A stretch of 52,407 nucleotides of DNA from positions 20,377,411 to 20,429,817 of the forward strand of contig NC_068992.1 of the NCBI RefSeq assembly GCF_001194135.2. The letters are read 5' to 3'. This stretch comes from Octopus bimaculoides (Eukaryota). Shown piece by piece: positions 1-14,113 of the stretch (its first letter is position 1; the number at the start of each line of letters is the position of its first letter). The translations under genes were made by a program, and so were the position numbers. A model generated the notes under the pieces. The model saw only the letters and a list, made by a program, of their open reading frames with translations, searched no databases and was not told where the DNA came from.

Positions 1-49
<49 letters not shown>

Positions 50-57
50 TACGTATG

Positions 58-88
<31 letters not shown>

Positions 89-1094
89 ATATATATACTT
101 GTAATTGTTTTGAACATTCTTGCATATACATATGTGTGAAAATGAATGTGCATAAATATAGACGATGCTTTATAAATGTAAACTGGAACAAATCCTCATT
201 CGTAGAAAAATGCAGTAAATCTATTCTAAAGTGCTCAATCAAATATTAACAATATATAAGTTACATTAAATAAGTTCTCATCTATGAATATACACAGAGA
301 TACTTACACGTGTATGTATTTGAGTGTGAGTGTTTGTGTGTGTCTGTATATGTTTAGAGGCGTGCGAGTGCACACATACACACATATGTAAATAGATATG
401 TATACAGATACATGCATACATACATTCATGCATGCCTACAAACACGTATATATACTTATACATTCATGCATACACACATAATTATAGATATTTATACGGA
501 TTGAAGTATAAGGATAAACATACATTTACATCGCTAATCTGATATTTTGCACGCTATTACAAAAACATATATGACAAATATCGAAATAAATTAAATCAGC
601 AAACTTGCAATACATAAACTATTATTTGAAATTTTTGTACGCCTTCCACGGAGAGATTTTGCATTTTAATTTATTTCATTAATCAACACAAATATGCATT
701 TGTTTCTTTACCATAATATTTTAATTAATCATCCAGCCCTATGGAGGTGTCCCCCGCCTCTAAGCATGACCATCACACTTTGTTTAGACATATAGCAACT
801 GTCTAATTGTATATACAATCGTACGTTTGTTTTTTGTTTCAGATAATCTTCGTTGTTGAGATATTTCGTTGTAGGCATATTCTCCCTATTTCCGATTGGA
901 AATAACAGACGTGTTACCTATGTACCGATTACTAACGTTATAAATACAATTCAAAACGTCATATTGAAGAATCTAAAAACAATGAAAAATAACTAAAATT
1001 AGACACAACTAGCTTAGTCCACAATAAACCATTATCACTGGAAATCGCAATTCTTTTCTATTTTTTAGTTGTTTTACTGGGGCGACACCTTCAC

Positions 1095-1220
1095 GAATTT
1101 TTAGTCGGATGAGTCGACCCCAGTAATTATATATTTTAAGCCTTATACGTATTCCCTCGGAGGATGTAAACACACCAGCATCTCTTGCCAAGCGGTGGTT
1201 GGGGACACAAAGACACGATA
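1095..1220 (-). mobile_element. SINE family A fragment
   Basis: tttagtcg...tcgaccccag...aagcct...gtaaacacaccagcatc...caagcg.tggttgggga, next to a gap. Confidence 0.65.
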
Positions 1221-1645
1221 ATATANNNNNNNNNNNNNNNNNNNNNNNNNNNNNNNNNNNNNNNNNNNNNNNNNNNNNNNNNNNNNNNNNNNNNNNNNNN
1301 NNNNNNNNNNNNNNNNNNNNNNNNNNNNNNNNNNNNNNNNNNNNNNNNNNNNNNNNNNNNNNNNNNNNNNNNNNNNNNNNNNNNNNNNNNNNNNNNNNNN
1401 NNNNNNNNNNNNNNNNNNNNNNNNNNNNNNNNNNNNNNNNNNNNNNNNNNNNNNNNNNNNNNNNNNNNNNNNNNNNNNNNNNNNNNNNNNNNNNNNNNNN
1501 NNNNNNNNNNNNNNNNNNNNNNNNNNNNNNNNNNNNNNNNNNNNNNNNNNNNNNNNNNNNNNNNNNNNNNNNNNNNNNNNNNNNNNNNNNNNNNNNNNNN
1601 NNNNNNNNNNNNNNNNNNNNNNNNNNNNNNNNNNNNNNNNNNNNC

Positions 1646-1678
<33 letters not shown>

Positions 1679-3590
1679 CAGAGAGAGAGAGAGACATATA
1701 TATATATATAAATACACAGAGACACAGACGCACACATACATACACACACACACATATATATATACATGGTGGCCCACAAGTAGGCACCTTAAATGGCTTT
1801 TAAATCATTTTATTACATTTAAATTTCTATCTTACAGTCATATTGTTCATATACACCATAAACAGACAATGTTTAATCACTCACCTGCTCAAAATGGCCT
1901 CCTTTATTATTACAGCATCATTGAAACCTCTTCAGAACACTCAGTGCGGCATTAATTCCGATCTCCATCAATTTCAGCTATGTCTCACACATTACAGTAC
2001 ACGTGAAAAAAAACTACAAACTGAAAAAAAGGAGCTTGACGAAATTGACTAAATTAGCATAGAATAAAGGTTTCATATTTTTTTTTTTTATAATTAAGAT
2101 GTAAACTGTTAATATATGAAAGCGAAAGTGATAGTTGAATAACTGTAAACCTACGTTTGGACCACATTGTTTATATATATATATATATGTGTGTGTGCGT
2201 GTGTGCGTGTGTGTGTGTGTGTATAGGTATGTATGAAGGGTTTCTTCCAGTTTCTGTCAAATAAACCCACTGAAGAGTCTTTGTTTGTTATGAGGCTATT
2301 GTAGAAACACATGTCTGTGCTCATGTTGGTAAATGAGGATCTCTTATTTTTCCCACAAAGATTCTAGATAAGATATTACATTATGAATGCAATTGAAGAC
2401 GATTGATTGTTTGCATGTGACATACGGACAAACACAGTATCTGCCTGAATAAGATATGTCAGTTATTCATGCCTGGATAGTTTTAAGATTCCTTTGCTGT
2501 ACATATCGCCTTGCTGTCTTATGATATCTAGTGCTGGAACTCAATGTGTTCTTACGGACGCTTAATGGATTCAGTATAAAGTAGGTTGAACAACAGCAAG
2601 TGATATTCATATATATCTGCTCAATGAAGCACTTTGCTGACTGTGACCTGAATGCGTTTGAACTTCAGCTTTGTCTCACTTGATAATTCAACACTCAGCA
2701 TATCTCCCAATTGTTAAATCAAATTCTTAATGACGCCATGTTAATTCAACTCATTGGTGCTGAAGCACATTTTCAAATGGTTAATTTTCATTACTGAAAG
2801 AGTGAAATAAGGTTGTTGTACATGCTTATAACAAGTAGAACAGGCTAAACTTCTGAACAAAATGAGTGCAAAATGAACCTTCAACCGCATTCTTCACAGA
2901 ACGACATTTTTCATCGATTGCATTCAATAATACGTTGTTTGAAACTTTATATCTCACAAGAGATCCATCTTATATAGTTATACACTAACATGCGTATATT
3001 TAATATTGATTGAGGGCTTCAGCATGAACTATACATATATTACTTTATGCAAGATAAATGACATCACTTTAAAGTAGTTGAACTATGTTTTCTTTGCAAA
3101 TATGCAATTTCTACCTAAGAAGTAGAAGAGAAATAAAATTGTATAATTCACTTCACTGAATACCATTTATTATAACCAACGCATTTGAAATAAAATAAAA
3201 CAATCTCGTGTAAAAATAAATTTTCTCTCCAAAACTGCCAAAATATCGGCGAAAATGTGACGGCGAAGAAAATATTTTTTTGAAGTTATTGCAATTATTA
3301 TCAGTAATAAATTACTAGTGAAGCGATTAAAATTCAAAATTATGAGGTAAATCATCTCGAATTTGAAAAGTGTTTCACACTGCAACGCTGAACTCTTCCT
3401 CGGTTAAAATGTTGATATAAATAAAGAGGCGATATTTAAATAAAGAGAAACGTAATTTTGATGTTCAAATTAATAGATTCTCATAAAAAAAAAAAACGTT
3501 AGTTTCTCATATAATAACCCTATTATTTATTGTTTGAATATTTGCGTGCATGTACGCATCCATGTATATACACATGTATCTATATATGTA

Positions 3591-3644
<54 letters not shown>

Positions 3645-4871
3645 NNNNNNNNNNAATCATCTTCAAACAGAGGATATGGCCATACCGAGACACTGTTATT
3701 TAGTAAGAATCACTTGACGAATATGAAACACAAACACATGCGAAGAGACTAGCAGTTATTCACCTTAAACCAGTGCCGGATTTGAAGCTTGGGATGCTCT
3801 GGGCACTTCAAGTTCGGTGGCCTTGAAAAATTTAAATCCTTGAAAAATTGAAATGCTTATTGTATTTCATTGAAGTTGACTAGTTAGATCATAGAAAATT
3901 TAAATGCCTCTGTCAATGCAAAATTTTGTCGTTTAAAATAAGTACAGCAAATTGTACCAACTTAATACAACAATACGTACAAAAAGACTTTTTTCTACAC
4001 ACGGTATCCGAAAGATCTTTAACGCTTTCTTCGAACTGTATCGGTTTTAGAACGCTTATTTCTACATCTAAAAGGTGCAGAGTCCTTAGTCTTTCCTACG
4101 TCGTAGTGGTTCTTTGATATTTTTTTTTATAATTGAAAAATTAGTGGCCATCAAGCTTGAACATATTCCAAGTGTTACACTAATAGCTGGAAAGGTTTCA
4201 GCATCCCTTCATTATATGATTAAAAATGCCTACTAACATGGGGTGAAGCATGATTTGGGCTTATAAAATGCTGCAAACCACAATTTCGTTCGTGAACTCA
4301 TTACTAAAATCCCAGAAGTGGCGATGAATTTCTTAGTTTCTCTTCTTATCGCTGCGTCAAGTAAACTACATAAGTTCATTATAACTTTGAACTTGTCAAT
4401 CACTTATTGATAGACTATCCTGTGTTTTGGTACGGTGATAAACAACCATCTAAAATTACATGGAAGTCTTGAACAAAATTCTTCTTTTGTAAAAAGGAGA
4501 CACTCTACTGAGGTTGATGCAAGATTTGTATCGTGTTTGATTTTCTTCCGTTTTCTATTTGTCGTTCTTTTATCGTTTAATTCCACACATATTCCTGGCA
4601 TCCAGTTCAAATTCGTCATATGTATGCTGATAAGATTTCAGAACTTTTTCCCTAGCATTCGCCACTTTATTCAATTCAACTTCAGCTACTTGAAAAACTC
4701 AATATTTACCGTTAACCCGTACTAGAATTAAATTAGAGATTTTAGACTTCAGATCAGTTTCAGTGCAATCCATTTTGCCTGCCAATGTCTGAGCTCCAGT
4801 TACATAGATTTCTTTCCTCACTTTAAGACAATCGGGTAGGACATGAGTGAGGTTGACTATTACGTGAGCGA

Positions 4872-6440
4872 CTATCAAATTCTAAAATCTTTACTTCTAA
4901 ATCACATCTTATCTCTCGGACATCTCACCAGCTACAGATCTCACTGAGTTGCAACTTTATGTGTACAGATTTGAACATATTTGTTTGATACAATAATACA
5001 TTTAGAAATTTTAGGAATTATATTTTTGTTTAAATGCGAAGTTGGCAACGAATATCTTAACAAAATGTTTATAGCAGTCCTAGAATTTCCATATGAAATA
5101 AATGATACAATTTCCAAGTGAGTGACTTATCTTCCCCATCTTAAACACTTCTTGAGTTTCTTCCAGGAATTTTCGCGTTATCGTACGCCTGCTTCCAAAG
5201 TTCGGTATTTTCATCAATAGTGATAGTAGCAGGCCTTCTACTGCGTGGATTGTCAAGAATAGATCGTCCTCAGTCGAGAAACGTGCTATGGATAGCATAA
5301 ATTATGCTACGCGTTGGAGGTGTGTGACGCTATAAACCTTCTCAAACTTGCGCTGAACAGCAATGAGGGACTGGAAAACTTCTTGCCAGGCGGCAATTTT
5401 GCTTTGCTACATTCACGTCAATTGGAGAGCCATGGGCAAGAGAATGATAAACTTACAAAAAACTGCAAAGGGTAAGTTGTCAAATGCTGATGGCCTCATG
5501 TCTCTCCGAATGAGACCTGAAACGAGATAGAAAAAAAGGAAGTCTATAATAACTTTTGGGACTCCCTGCACACACACATATATATANNNNNNNNNNNNNN
5601 NNNNNNNNNGTTCAGGCATAGAGGCTAGACGTATTCTTCCTAACAAACTTATGGTTTACATAGATTTGCGAACATTTTTGTCTTGCTTAATTTCAGAATA
5701 CGTGATCCACATAATCCACATAACTATCTGGAAATCAGGAGAGTAAAATTTGAAGCGAAGAGTAAACACCCTATGCAAGAAATTACAGAACTGGTGAAAA
5801 AGAATACAAAAAATCGATTAAAAACCTACGTCAATCAGCCCATGGATGTATTAACTATATAGGTCCAAGATACAGAGACCGTGACCAGCGTGCTCTATGC
5901 AAAGGAGGCGACACATCGTTTGCTCCGAATATTTCAAACGTGTGGAATTTTCGATGACATCACTATAATTTCTTTCTGTTACGGTGACCAAAATATGAGA
6001 GCCAATCGGCGAAAGAAATCAGCCATTCAGTTAAATTCAGTGTTCATGCCAATAATATAGTTGGGTGTCTGTTGTCAGGTTGTTTGAAAAGTTTCGTGAC
6101 ACCGCCAAAGTTCCTGGAAGTACCCCAAGAAGTAATCAAAATGGGGAAGATAAGTCACTCACTTGGAAATTGTGTCCTATATTTCGTATTGAAATACTAG
6201 GACTGCTATAGATATTTTGTTAAGATATTCGTTGCCAACTTCACATCTACACACAAAAAAATATATAATTTCTAAAAATTCTAAATATATTTTTCTATCA
6301 CACGAAAATATTCAAATCTGTACACACAAAGTTGCAACTAACTTCCCTGCCAATTTAACAGTGAACTATAAGATCTGTAGCTGGTGAGATGTCCGAAAGA
6401 TAAGATGTGATTTAGAAGTAAATACTTTAGAATTTGATAG
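4872..6440. repeat. Long inverted repeat pair (4872-5177 and 6103-6440)
   Basis: Shared blocks include ctatcaaattctaaa, cggacatctcaccagctacagatct, gaagttggcaacgaatatcttaacaaaat and caatttccaagtgagtgacttatcttccccat. Confidence 0.9.
5178..5568 (-). mobile_element. Tc1/mariner-like 5' remnant with TIR and HTH (DUF4817-like) N-terminus
   Basis: Minus strand begins CAGGGAGTCCCAAAAGT (CAGGGTGTCCCAAAA-type TIR). With a frameshift it reads QSLIAVQRKFEKVY / TPPTRSIIYAIHSTF / GRSILDNPRSRRP. Confidence 0.7.
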
Positions 6441-6574
6441 ATACAATCATGATCAACGAAGCATGACTGCAAATGATATCCGCATTTTTATGTGTACTAT
6501 AATATATTTGTAATTGAAGTACAATGTCTGAAAATCATTTGCATCGACTTCAGTAGCTGATGCAGTTTTATTTA

Positions 6575-6830
6575 AACCACAACGAAAGGATGAAAAGCAA
6601 ATCTGGCCTTGGCAGAGTTTGTGCTCAGATCGTAATGAGGCAGAAGAAATATCGCAAATACTTTTTCAGATGCTCTAGCGATGCTGTCACCTCCCCGCAA
6701 TTGGGTGTTCTCTAAAAAGTTTCAAGCATTTGCACAGCAAGGCGAGGATTCAAACTGATTTAACCACAATCTAGTACCCATCTAGTCCATGTTTTCTTGA
6801 CCCCGAAATGATGAAAAGCAAAGTTCACAT
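6575..6830 (-). mobile_element. Two degenerate family B SINE fragments
   Basis: gaaaggatgaaaagcaaa...cttggcagagtttg and gaccccgaaatgatgaaaagcaaagtt. Confidence 0.6.
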
Positions 6831-7553
6831 CGGGAAATTAAAGCTCAGAGTGCAAAAATTCGAGAGAAAGAACGCGAAGCATTTATTTCGACGCTCTAAC
6901 GATTCAAGCAACTCACCGCTACATTATGAAGTTAAAGAATGTAATGTGACTACAGAAAGGTTGCATATCACTGAATACAGAACTATTTTCTTAGTGTACA
7001 TATTCTTCATAATTTTCGATAATGAACGCCAGAACATGCGTCCTCATACACAGCGCTTAGGCTTGGAGATACATTTTAAATATCATATTTAGGAATTTTC
7101 TAATCAACGAATTAGTTTCACACGAAATACTATATCTTCTAGATGTTCCGAGATTTTATTAGCTGGCTGTTTATTTAAGATTACGAATGTACTTGGAAAA
7201 TATCTTGGTGTGATATGAGTTTTTATAAAATCACACGCACATGTAGGACCATATACACAATTAATACACACATGCATAGACGCACGCACACACAAACAAA
7301 TATACACACACACACACACACACACATATATACATATAGGTATTCTACGTTCGTGTATTGTGTGCGTGTGTGTGTGTGCGTGTGTGCAAGTGTCAGAGAA
7401 GATTACAGAATGGCGTATTCGATAAATTCAGCATTTATCGAAATTTGTATCATATATTTGAATTTCATTTTAAATACATATACCTAGTTGGCATTCAGTT
7501 CACGCATACATATATACAGATTCGCAAACACACACACACACATAAGCACACAC

Positions 7554-7608
<55 letters not shown>

Positions 7609-9216
7609 NNNNNNNNNNNNNNNNNNNNNNNNNNNNNNNNNNNNNNNNNNNNNNNNNNNNNNNNNNNNNNNNNNNNNNNNNNNNNNNNNNNNNNNNNNNN
7701 NNNNNNNNNNNNNNNNNNNNNNNNNNNNNNNNNNNNNNNNNNNNNNNNNNNNNNNNNNNNNNNNNNNNNNNNNNNNNNNNNNNNNNNNNNNNNNNNNNNN
7801 NNNNNNNNNNNNNNNNNNNNNNNNNNNNNNNNNNNNNNNNNNNNNNNNNNNNNNNNNNNNNNNNNNNNNNNNNNNNNNNNNNNNNNNNNNNNNNNNNNNN
7901 NNNNNNNNNNNNNNNNNNNNNNNNNNNNNNNNNNNNNNNNNNNNNNNNNNNNNNNNNNNNNNNNNNNNNNNNNNNNNNNNNNNNNNNNNNNNNNNNNNNN
8001 NNNNNNNNNNNNNNNNNTATATATATACACATATATACATATATACACACACACAGTTGTGTAGACATATGCACGTATGTGGTTTCGTGCGCGTGCGTCA
8101 TTCGTGCGTTTGAACAAATATCCGAATGTGCACGTGTGTAGAAGAATGTATAAAATTATTCAGTTGTTTATATAAATTGTTAATGATGTCTGGTTTGTTC
8201 AATGTAAGCTGATTGGAACGCTACCGAGTTACTTGCTTGTTACAAATTTTGGTTCCATATCGTCTGGACTTTTATTTCACGAACGAAAAAGAAATAAACA
8301 TATAAGTCTAACTCTCACCGATCTATAAAATTCTATTTTCCACTTTGATTGCATCAAATAAAATGTTGTCTCAATCCTGTATATATATATATATATATAT
8401 AGAGATATAGATAGAGATATATGTCTCACTGTGTGTACATTTATATGTTATATAGGTATACATATATATATTTGTATAGTTATATATATATACATGTGTG
8501 GGTGTGTATTTGTGCATGTATATATATTTATGTATATGTGTGTATTAACATATGCATGTATATATCTGTTTCTGTGTTGTGTATGATCACTATTTCGAAC
8601 ATGAAGTGGACACATATTTTACTATTTTACTACCTGTATTAAAGACTTTCTATATTATCACTAAATGATTACATTGAAAATGAGTGATCGAAAAATGAGT
8701 GTCTTTTAAAATATCTCATGTGTTTTCTCTGTTGCTCATTGGATATCATTACTGAGATTCGCTATTGGTCAATTCATTTTTCCTGGCATGCAATTTCTAT
8801 ATCACCCATTTAAAAAAAATGTTGTTTAATGAGCGTGCACCATTGACATCTATCGCATTTAAGTGTTGATAATCAAAGCATTCGTTTCAAGTAAAACCGT
8901 AATACAGTGAGGAATCTTTCTTATTCTTCAAAGCTGATGTGAATAAAATGAATCGGTCTCCCTTTCGGGAATATATTTGTCTCATTTGGTTTCAAAAGAA
9001 TGCGTGCTTTTGATGGTATTGTAACAAGCACCTACACCCACTACCAAACTGACCACAGTAGTAAACCAGTAAGCTAGGAAACCTACACATCACTATAAAA
9101 AACTGCTCTGCTTGTCAGGTTACTCAATATAGTATGTAATAAGGTTGCCTCCTGTGGATCATGTCGTTTTTCACTATCTATCCCATTTTTGTGGATCATG
9201 TTGATTTTCGCATGTG

Positions 9217-9350
9217 AAGACCTGTGGCCTAGTGGTTAGAGTATTGCACTCAAAATCACGAGATTTCAGGATCGATTCTCAAAACGGACGGCGTGCTGTG
9301 TTTTTCAGGAGAACACATCATTCACGTTGCACTAGTGCTGTGTTGGGGTT
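9217..9350 (+). mobile_element. SINE family C head
   Basis: gaagacctgtggcctagtggttagag (A-box-like)...atcgattctc (B-box-like)...cattcacgttgc. A degenerate retroposon head, not an intact tRNA. Confidence 0.7.
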
Positions 9351-9604
9351 ACCATGTCAAAAAAAAAAAAAGAAAAGAATCGAAATGGACTCAGTGTTCC
9401 TTTTGCGTTTCGTAAAGGGTACCTACAAGAGGTTGAGTTAGGATTTGGATTCGGACCTCGTAAAAAACCTTACCAGAGGTGACTACTCCAGCCATGAGCT
9501 GGAGTTTTGCCGCATGGGTGACACAACGGCTTCATGCCCCACAAGTAGGGAATGTCCAACAAATGGTGATTTAGCGACTCGCTCTTGGAGCGCATTGCTC
9601 CATA

Positions 9605-9933
9605 CGACTACAGCAAAAACAACAGCAACTACTACTACTCTTACTACCACCACCACCACCACAACTACCACAATCACCATCACAACCACCAGTACCACTG
9701 CCACCACTACTACTATTGCTACATAAAACAACTACTGTCATTATTACTACTACCACTAGTACCACCACAACGATCACCACTAACACCACTACTACTATTG
9801 CTACTACTACTACTATTATTAATATAATTATTACTACTACTACTACTACTACTACTACTAGCACTACTACCACCACCACCACAACGATCACCACTAACAC
9901 CACTACTACTATTGCTACTACAACTACTATTAT

Positions 9934-9993
<60 letters not shown>

Positions 9994-9995
9994 AA
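9605..9995. repeat. Compound (ACT/ACC)n tract containing a duplicated module
   Basis: accaccacaacgatcaccactaacaccactactactattgctactac at 9761 and at 9875. Confidence 0.9.
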
Positions 9996-10174
9996 TGAGT
10001 ACCCGTAGCATAGTACGGTTCCATGCAATTAATACTAGTCTATAGCTGATTGAACTTTTTTCACACATGGTATATATATTCAACAATATATTTTCAATTG
10101 TAGACGTTTTTCTTGTTTGTTTGTTTGTGTGTGGGTGTGTGTGTGTATGTGTGTGTGTGTGAGTATGTGCATGT

Positions 10175-10227
<53 letters not shown>

Positions 10228-10829
10228 NNNNNNNNNNNNNNNNNNNNNNNTTTTTTTTTTTTTTTTTTTAATCGGAAACAATGATTTCGCTCATGCCACC
10301 AGACCAATCGAGGTATTATGGAAGTTAAATTAAATATTGAAAATATTCATAGAATTTAGATATCAAATGTTCAGAGAAAGTATTAATTTATTCTCGCAAT
10401 AATTAATAATCTAATTATCTATTTGAAAAATGAATTGATAAACTGTAAACATATTTATAGGAAAACGCTGAAAGGAACTAATGGTGTAGTTTTAAATGTG
10501 AAGAAAATTATTGAAACTAATTAAAAGGAAATATAATTATCAGTGTGCTGTTTTCCTTTTATTATTTTCTTAATGTAATAATAGAAGAGACTGACTTTCG
10601 CAGAAAAGATTGTATCTATTTAATCAAATGTCAAATAACGTTTGAAAGTTATTAGAGCCACTCACATGTGCTGACATTCAAACATGATTTCAGATGTAAT
10701 TTTCGCATATTATATAATATTGGTATACATGACCAGCTTCTTACATGCACATTTACATTGATATCTTCTCGGTTATACATTTGCATTCAAATACATAAAT
10801 ACGTAATAGGCGCAGATGTGACTATGAAA

Positions 10830-11095
10830 TAAGAAGTTTGCTTCCCAGCCGCATAGTTTCAGTTCCATTGTGTGGTGCCTTCGGCAAGTGTCTTCAGCTA
10901 TAGTCCCAGCATCTTTTTCCATCAATAAGTGTTGAGATGTCTGAATCCCCGTAATATAGCTGTTCGGCAAAAGAAACCGATAGAATAACTTCGAGGCTTT
11001 AATAATGACGACTGCAATGGATTCCTTCGAATAAAATCCGTCACAGTGGTGCTCCTACATGGCTGCAGTCTAATGACCGAAAGAAACATAAGTGA
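10830..11095 (+). mobile_element. SINE family A, internally deleted
   Basis: Head part (cggcaagtgtcttc.gctatag) joined to tail part (cggcaaaagaaaccgatagaataa...gcagtctaatgaccgaaa); central microsatellite absent. Confidence 0.75.
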
Positions 11096-13140
11096 AAAGA
11101 TAAATATATGTAAAATAATATAATATTCAGTTGATTTGTTGTATAATTCTAATATCAGGAAAATTTATAGCGTAAACAAATGTTATATTTCTTTTTCGTA
11201 TTTGTTTGCAAGATTCTTGATGTGTACTCGGTGTTGAATGAAGCTCACGGAATAGAGAAAGCATGCCATTGATGAAGTCGTGAAAAGGGACGAAAAGAGT
11301 TTGACAAACCTGGTTGACTGATTCATTGAGCGAAAAATTAATCAAGCAATCTTTCTCAGAGAAATAGAATGATCATATTTATTTAGTTGTATAATGAAAC
11401 TCCAAAGCTGCAGCAAAATTTCATATGATATTTACCAAGAATAAATAAATTAAACTAACAATTTAGTTGCTTACATGCTTCTAAACAGCATAAATACTGG
11501 TTCATTGAGAGGAGTATATATTGTTTGCGCTATACAGGAGAAAGAAACACCGCATATTTTTATGAACAATTAGAATCTTTGGACATTGTTGCTTAATGTT
11601 TGCTTATATAATTGGACTTCAGTGGCATAGAGAAGTCTCACACGAGTATTTTCAACACATTTGGGATTGCTATCAATTTATGGGTCAATGAAATATCAAC
11701 GCATGAAGTACACTAAAGCTGTTATAAACACAACGTTTAATGTATCAATATATGATTGTAAATGTTGACAGTGGTTGCTAAATTTTAGTCTCCTTATAAC
11801 AATTGCAACTGTCATTGATAAGAAATATATTAAGACCTCTCGCTCTCTAAAGAGCATATCAATGCAATTATATGAATAGATATGTTCATATTGTTAAAAA
11901 AAAATCGGGAACACACGTACCATTGAATGGGATCAAATAGGATCATATATTGCTAGCCGTAGAGTGAATCACATGCCTGTCTCAAAATAACAGTTTCGGA
12001 ATTTGAAATATTATCTCCGATGTATATACAATAAAGAATGATATTCTTTCTAGGCATATGTTTTTACATTCCTCTCATTCGACACAAGAACTTGCTTTTT
12101 CGATAAATGTGTTTTTGAAATTCAGTTGTGCATTATAGTCACATTTTACCGGAAATTAAATCATCTCAAACGCTCTCACGCTTCCCAGCCAGCCTATATT
12201 TCAAACCGTTGTGAGAAACGAAGAAATATCCATCTACATACACTTTCACACAAAAATCTTTAATTATTTGTCATCAGTAAGAAATTCGTGATTTTTACTT
12301 GTCTTCGATGTGCCAGATAGGTGAAATGAAAAGTTAAGTGTAAACTCTTCTTTAAATAAGGTCTTGAAAACTACGTGATATTCATTGGTAATACAAGCTA
12401 GAATTTTTGGATAAATCGCAAACAAACTGTTAATAAGAACACGTAAATGGAAATGGATTGTACTAAATAGTTCAGTTGATTATTATTTACATACTAAGAA
12501 TTTGTAAATGTAAACATTTTTGTTCCTGATCTTATAAAATTTACCATTTGGAAATTTCGATCTAGAAAGAGAAGATTGACTATAAAAAGAATAAGGTAGA
12601 TATTTTCGGCTAGAATGATTTAAATAAGAAGTGATTTTTAATAGTGCTTGCAATCATGATAAATATTTATCAATGTAAAGATAACTTTGTCCATTGTGCA
12701 ATATCCCACTTGATATGATATCAATGTATATCGTCGTGAATCATTTCAAGCTTTCGAAGCTACAGCTCTTTGGAGTATCGATTGGCAGAGCTCTCTGGCG
12801 TATTCCAACCTAATTTAGTATCACATGTGTGATTCTATAAATGAAGCATGTAAAAATATTTTCCAAGAACGCATAGGGTCACGTGTCAATTGCCTTATAT
12901 TCTCTTGGTACTTCTGTATAATTTACAGGTATTTCATTGATGTAGTCATAAAAGAACGAAACCAAAAGTTTGAACAAGATAATGGAATCCCATTTTTATG
13001 TACGCATTCCATACACTCTAATGCTGAAGAAAGTTTCTAATCTATTAGATCGGAGTGAAACGTATATTCAATGACAATGAAGCAATAATTTAGTTGAACC
13101 CGCTTAATTTGTTCTCTTTGTTGAGAGAAACACTACTTAC

Positions 13141-13201
13141 CTCTTCTCCCATAAAGAAATGCTTTGTGATTAGTCAGAGGAAACAAATATTCCACGGATA
13201 T
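13141..13201 (-). CDS. Candidate small exon (ISVEYLFPLTNHKAFLYGRR)
   Basis: Consensus donor GAG|GTAAGT; acceptor tactaaactgttttag|; one open frame. No homology recognised. Confidence 0.22.
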
Positions 13202-14113
13202 CTAAAACAGTTTAGTAAACGTAAGCCTTATACAAGAAAATTCCGCCATGTTATCTCGATTTCTGCTCCGTACCTATTTATATCACTTACGAACCAATTG
13301 CATTAGGAAAAACATGAATGTCAAAATATCACATTCGTCAACATTTAAATTATAGGGAATTTTGCTTTCGCAAAGCATAACAAAAAAAATGAAAATGAAG
13401 GAAAAGAAAAGAAAAAAGAAAGAATTAATATTCGTCGAAGATCAATTTGAAATAATGATATGTTCAATTTATATCAACCCTGGTGACAGATATATATATT
13501 TTATTTCGTGTTAGTTTCCTATCTTCCTAACAAAGACGGTATATAATCAGCAAATAAATGCCTACAGCTATAGCAATATATCAGAAAGAAGTTAAACTTG
13601 AAACGCTGAATTTCATAGGATAATTTGGAAAGTTCAGCAAGAACGTGACAAAACGCAGCAGAAGATGCTACAAAATGTTAATAATTCTTAAGATACAGAG
13701 GAAACGCAAATATATACTGGCACCATGTATATAGATAAATATTATGTAAGTTGCTCGAAGTCGTATATGAACGTTCCAACCGAAACTGTCCATTTCTTAG
13801 AAAGCAAAATATTTTAACCTGTGTTTGCTATGATAAAAAGCCAAATTAAATAATAAACTCGGTTAATAAACATTCCCAGATCATCTACAATCTCCTACTT
13901 TTCTTTTGACTTTCATCATTATAATGAGTAATCTAAAAACCAACATTAGCCAGCTTTATGGTTGCGATATTGAAATTATCAGGTTTTGACTCAAAACCTT
14001 GTTTCGTCAAATGTGCCAAATCAGCATGCAGAGAAATTTGAATTGGCAGTAATGTCGAAATAACTGTTGTTGTAAGGTTATTACACAAGTTGTAATATGT
14101 TCCAACTGGTGTA

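Noticed and set aside
3752-3825. Minus-strand exon PPNLKCPEHPKLQIRHWFK
   Set aside because: Overlaps CAGTGCCGGATTT, which looks like a MITE terminus, next to a 17-bp tandem duplication; the other end was not found.
9217-9290. tRNA gene (also 16081-16150 and 44060-44139)
   Set aside because: Only degenerate A/B-box heads continuing into SINE bodies; no intact cloverleaf.
12929-12999. Plus-strand exon YFIDVVIKERNQKFEQDNGIPFL, faintly P450-like
   Set aside because: Weak donor and no companion exons or diagnostic P450 motifs.
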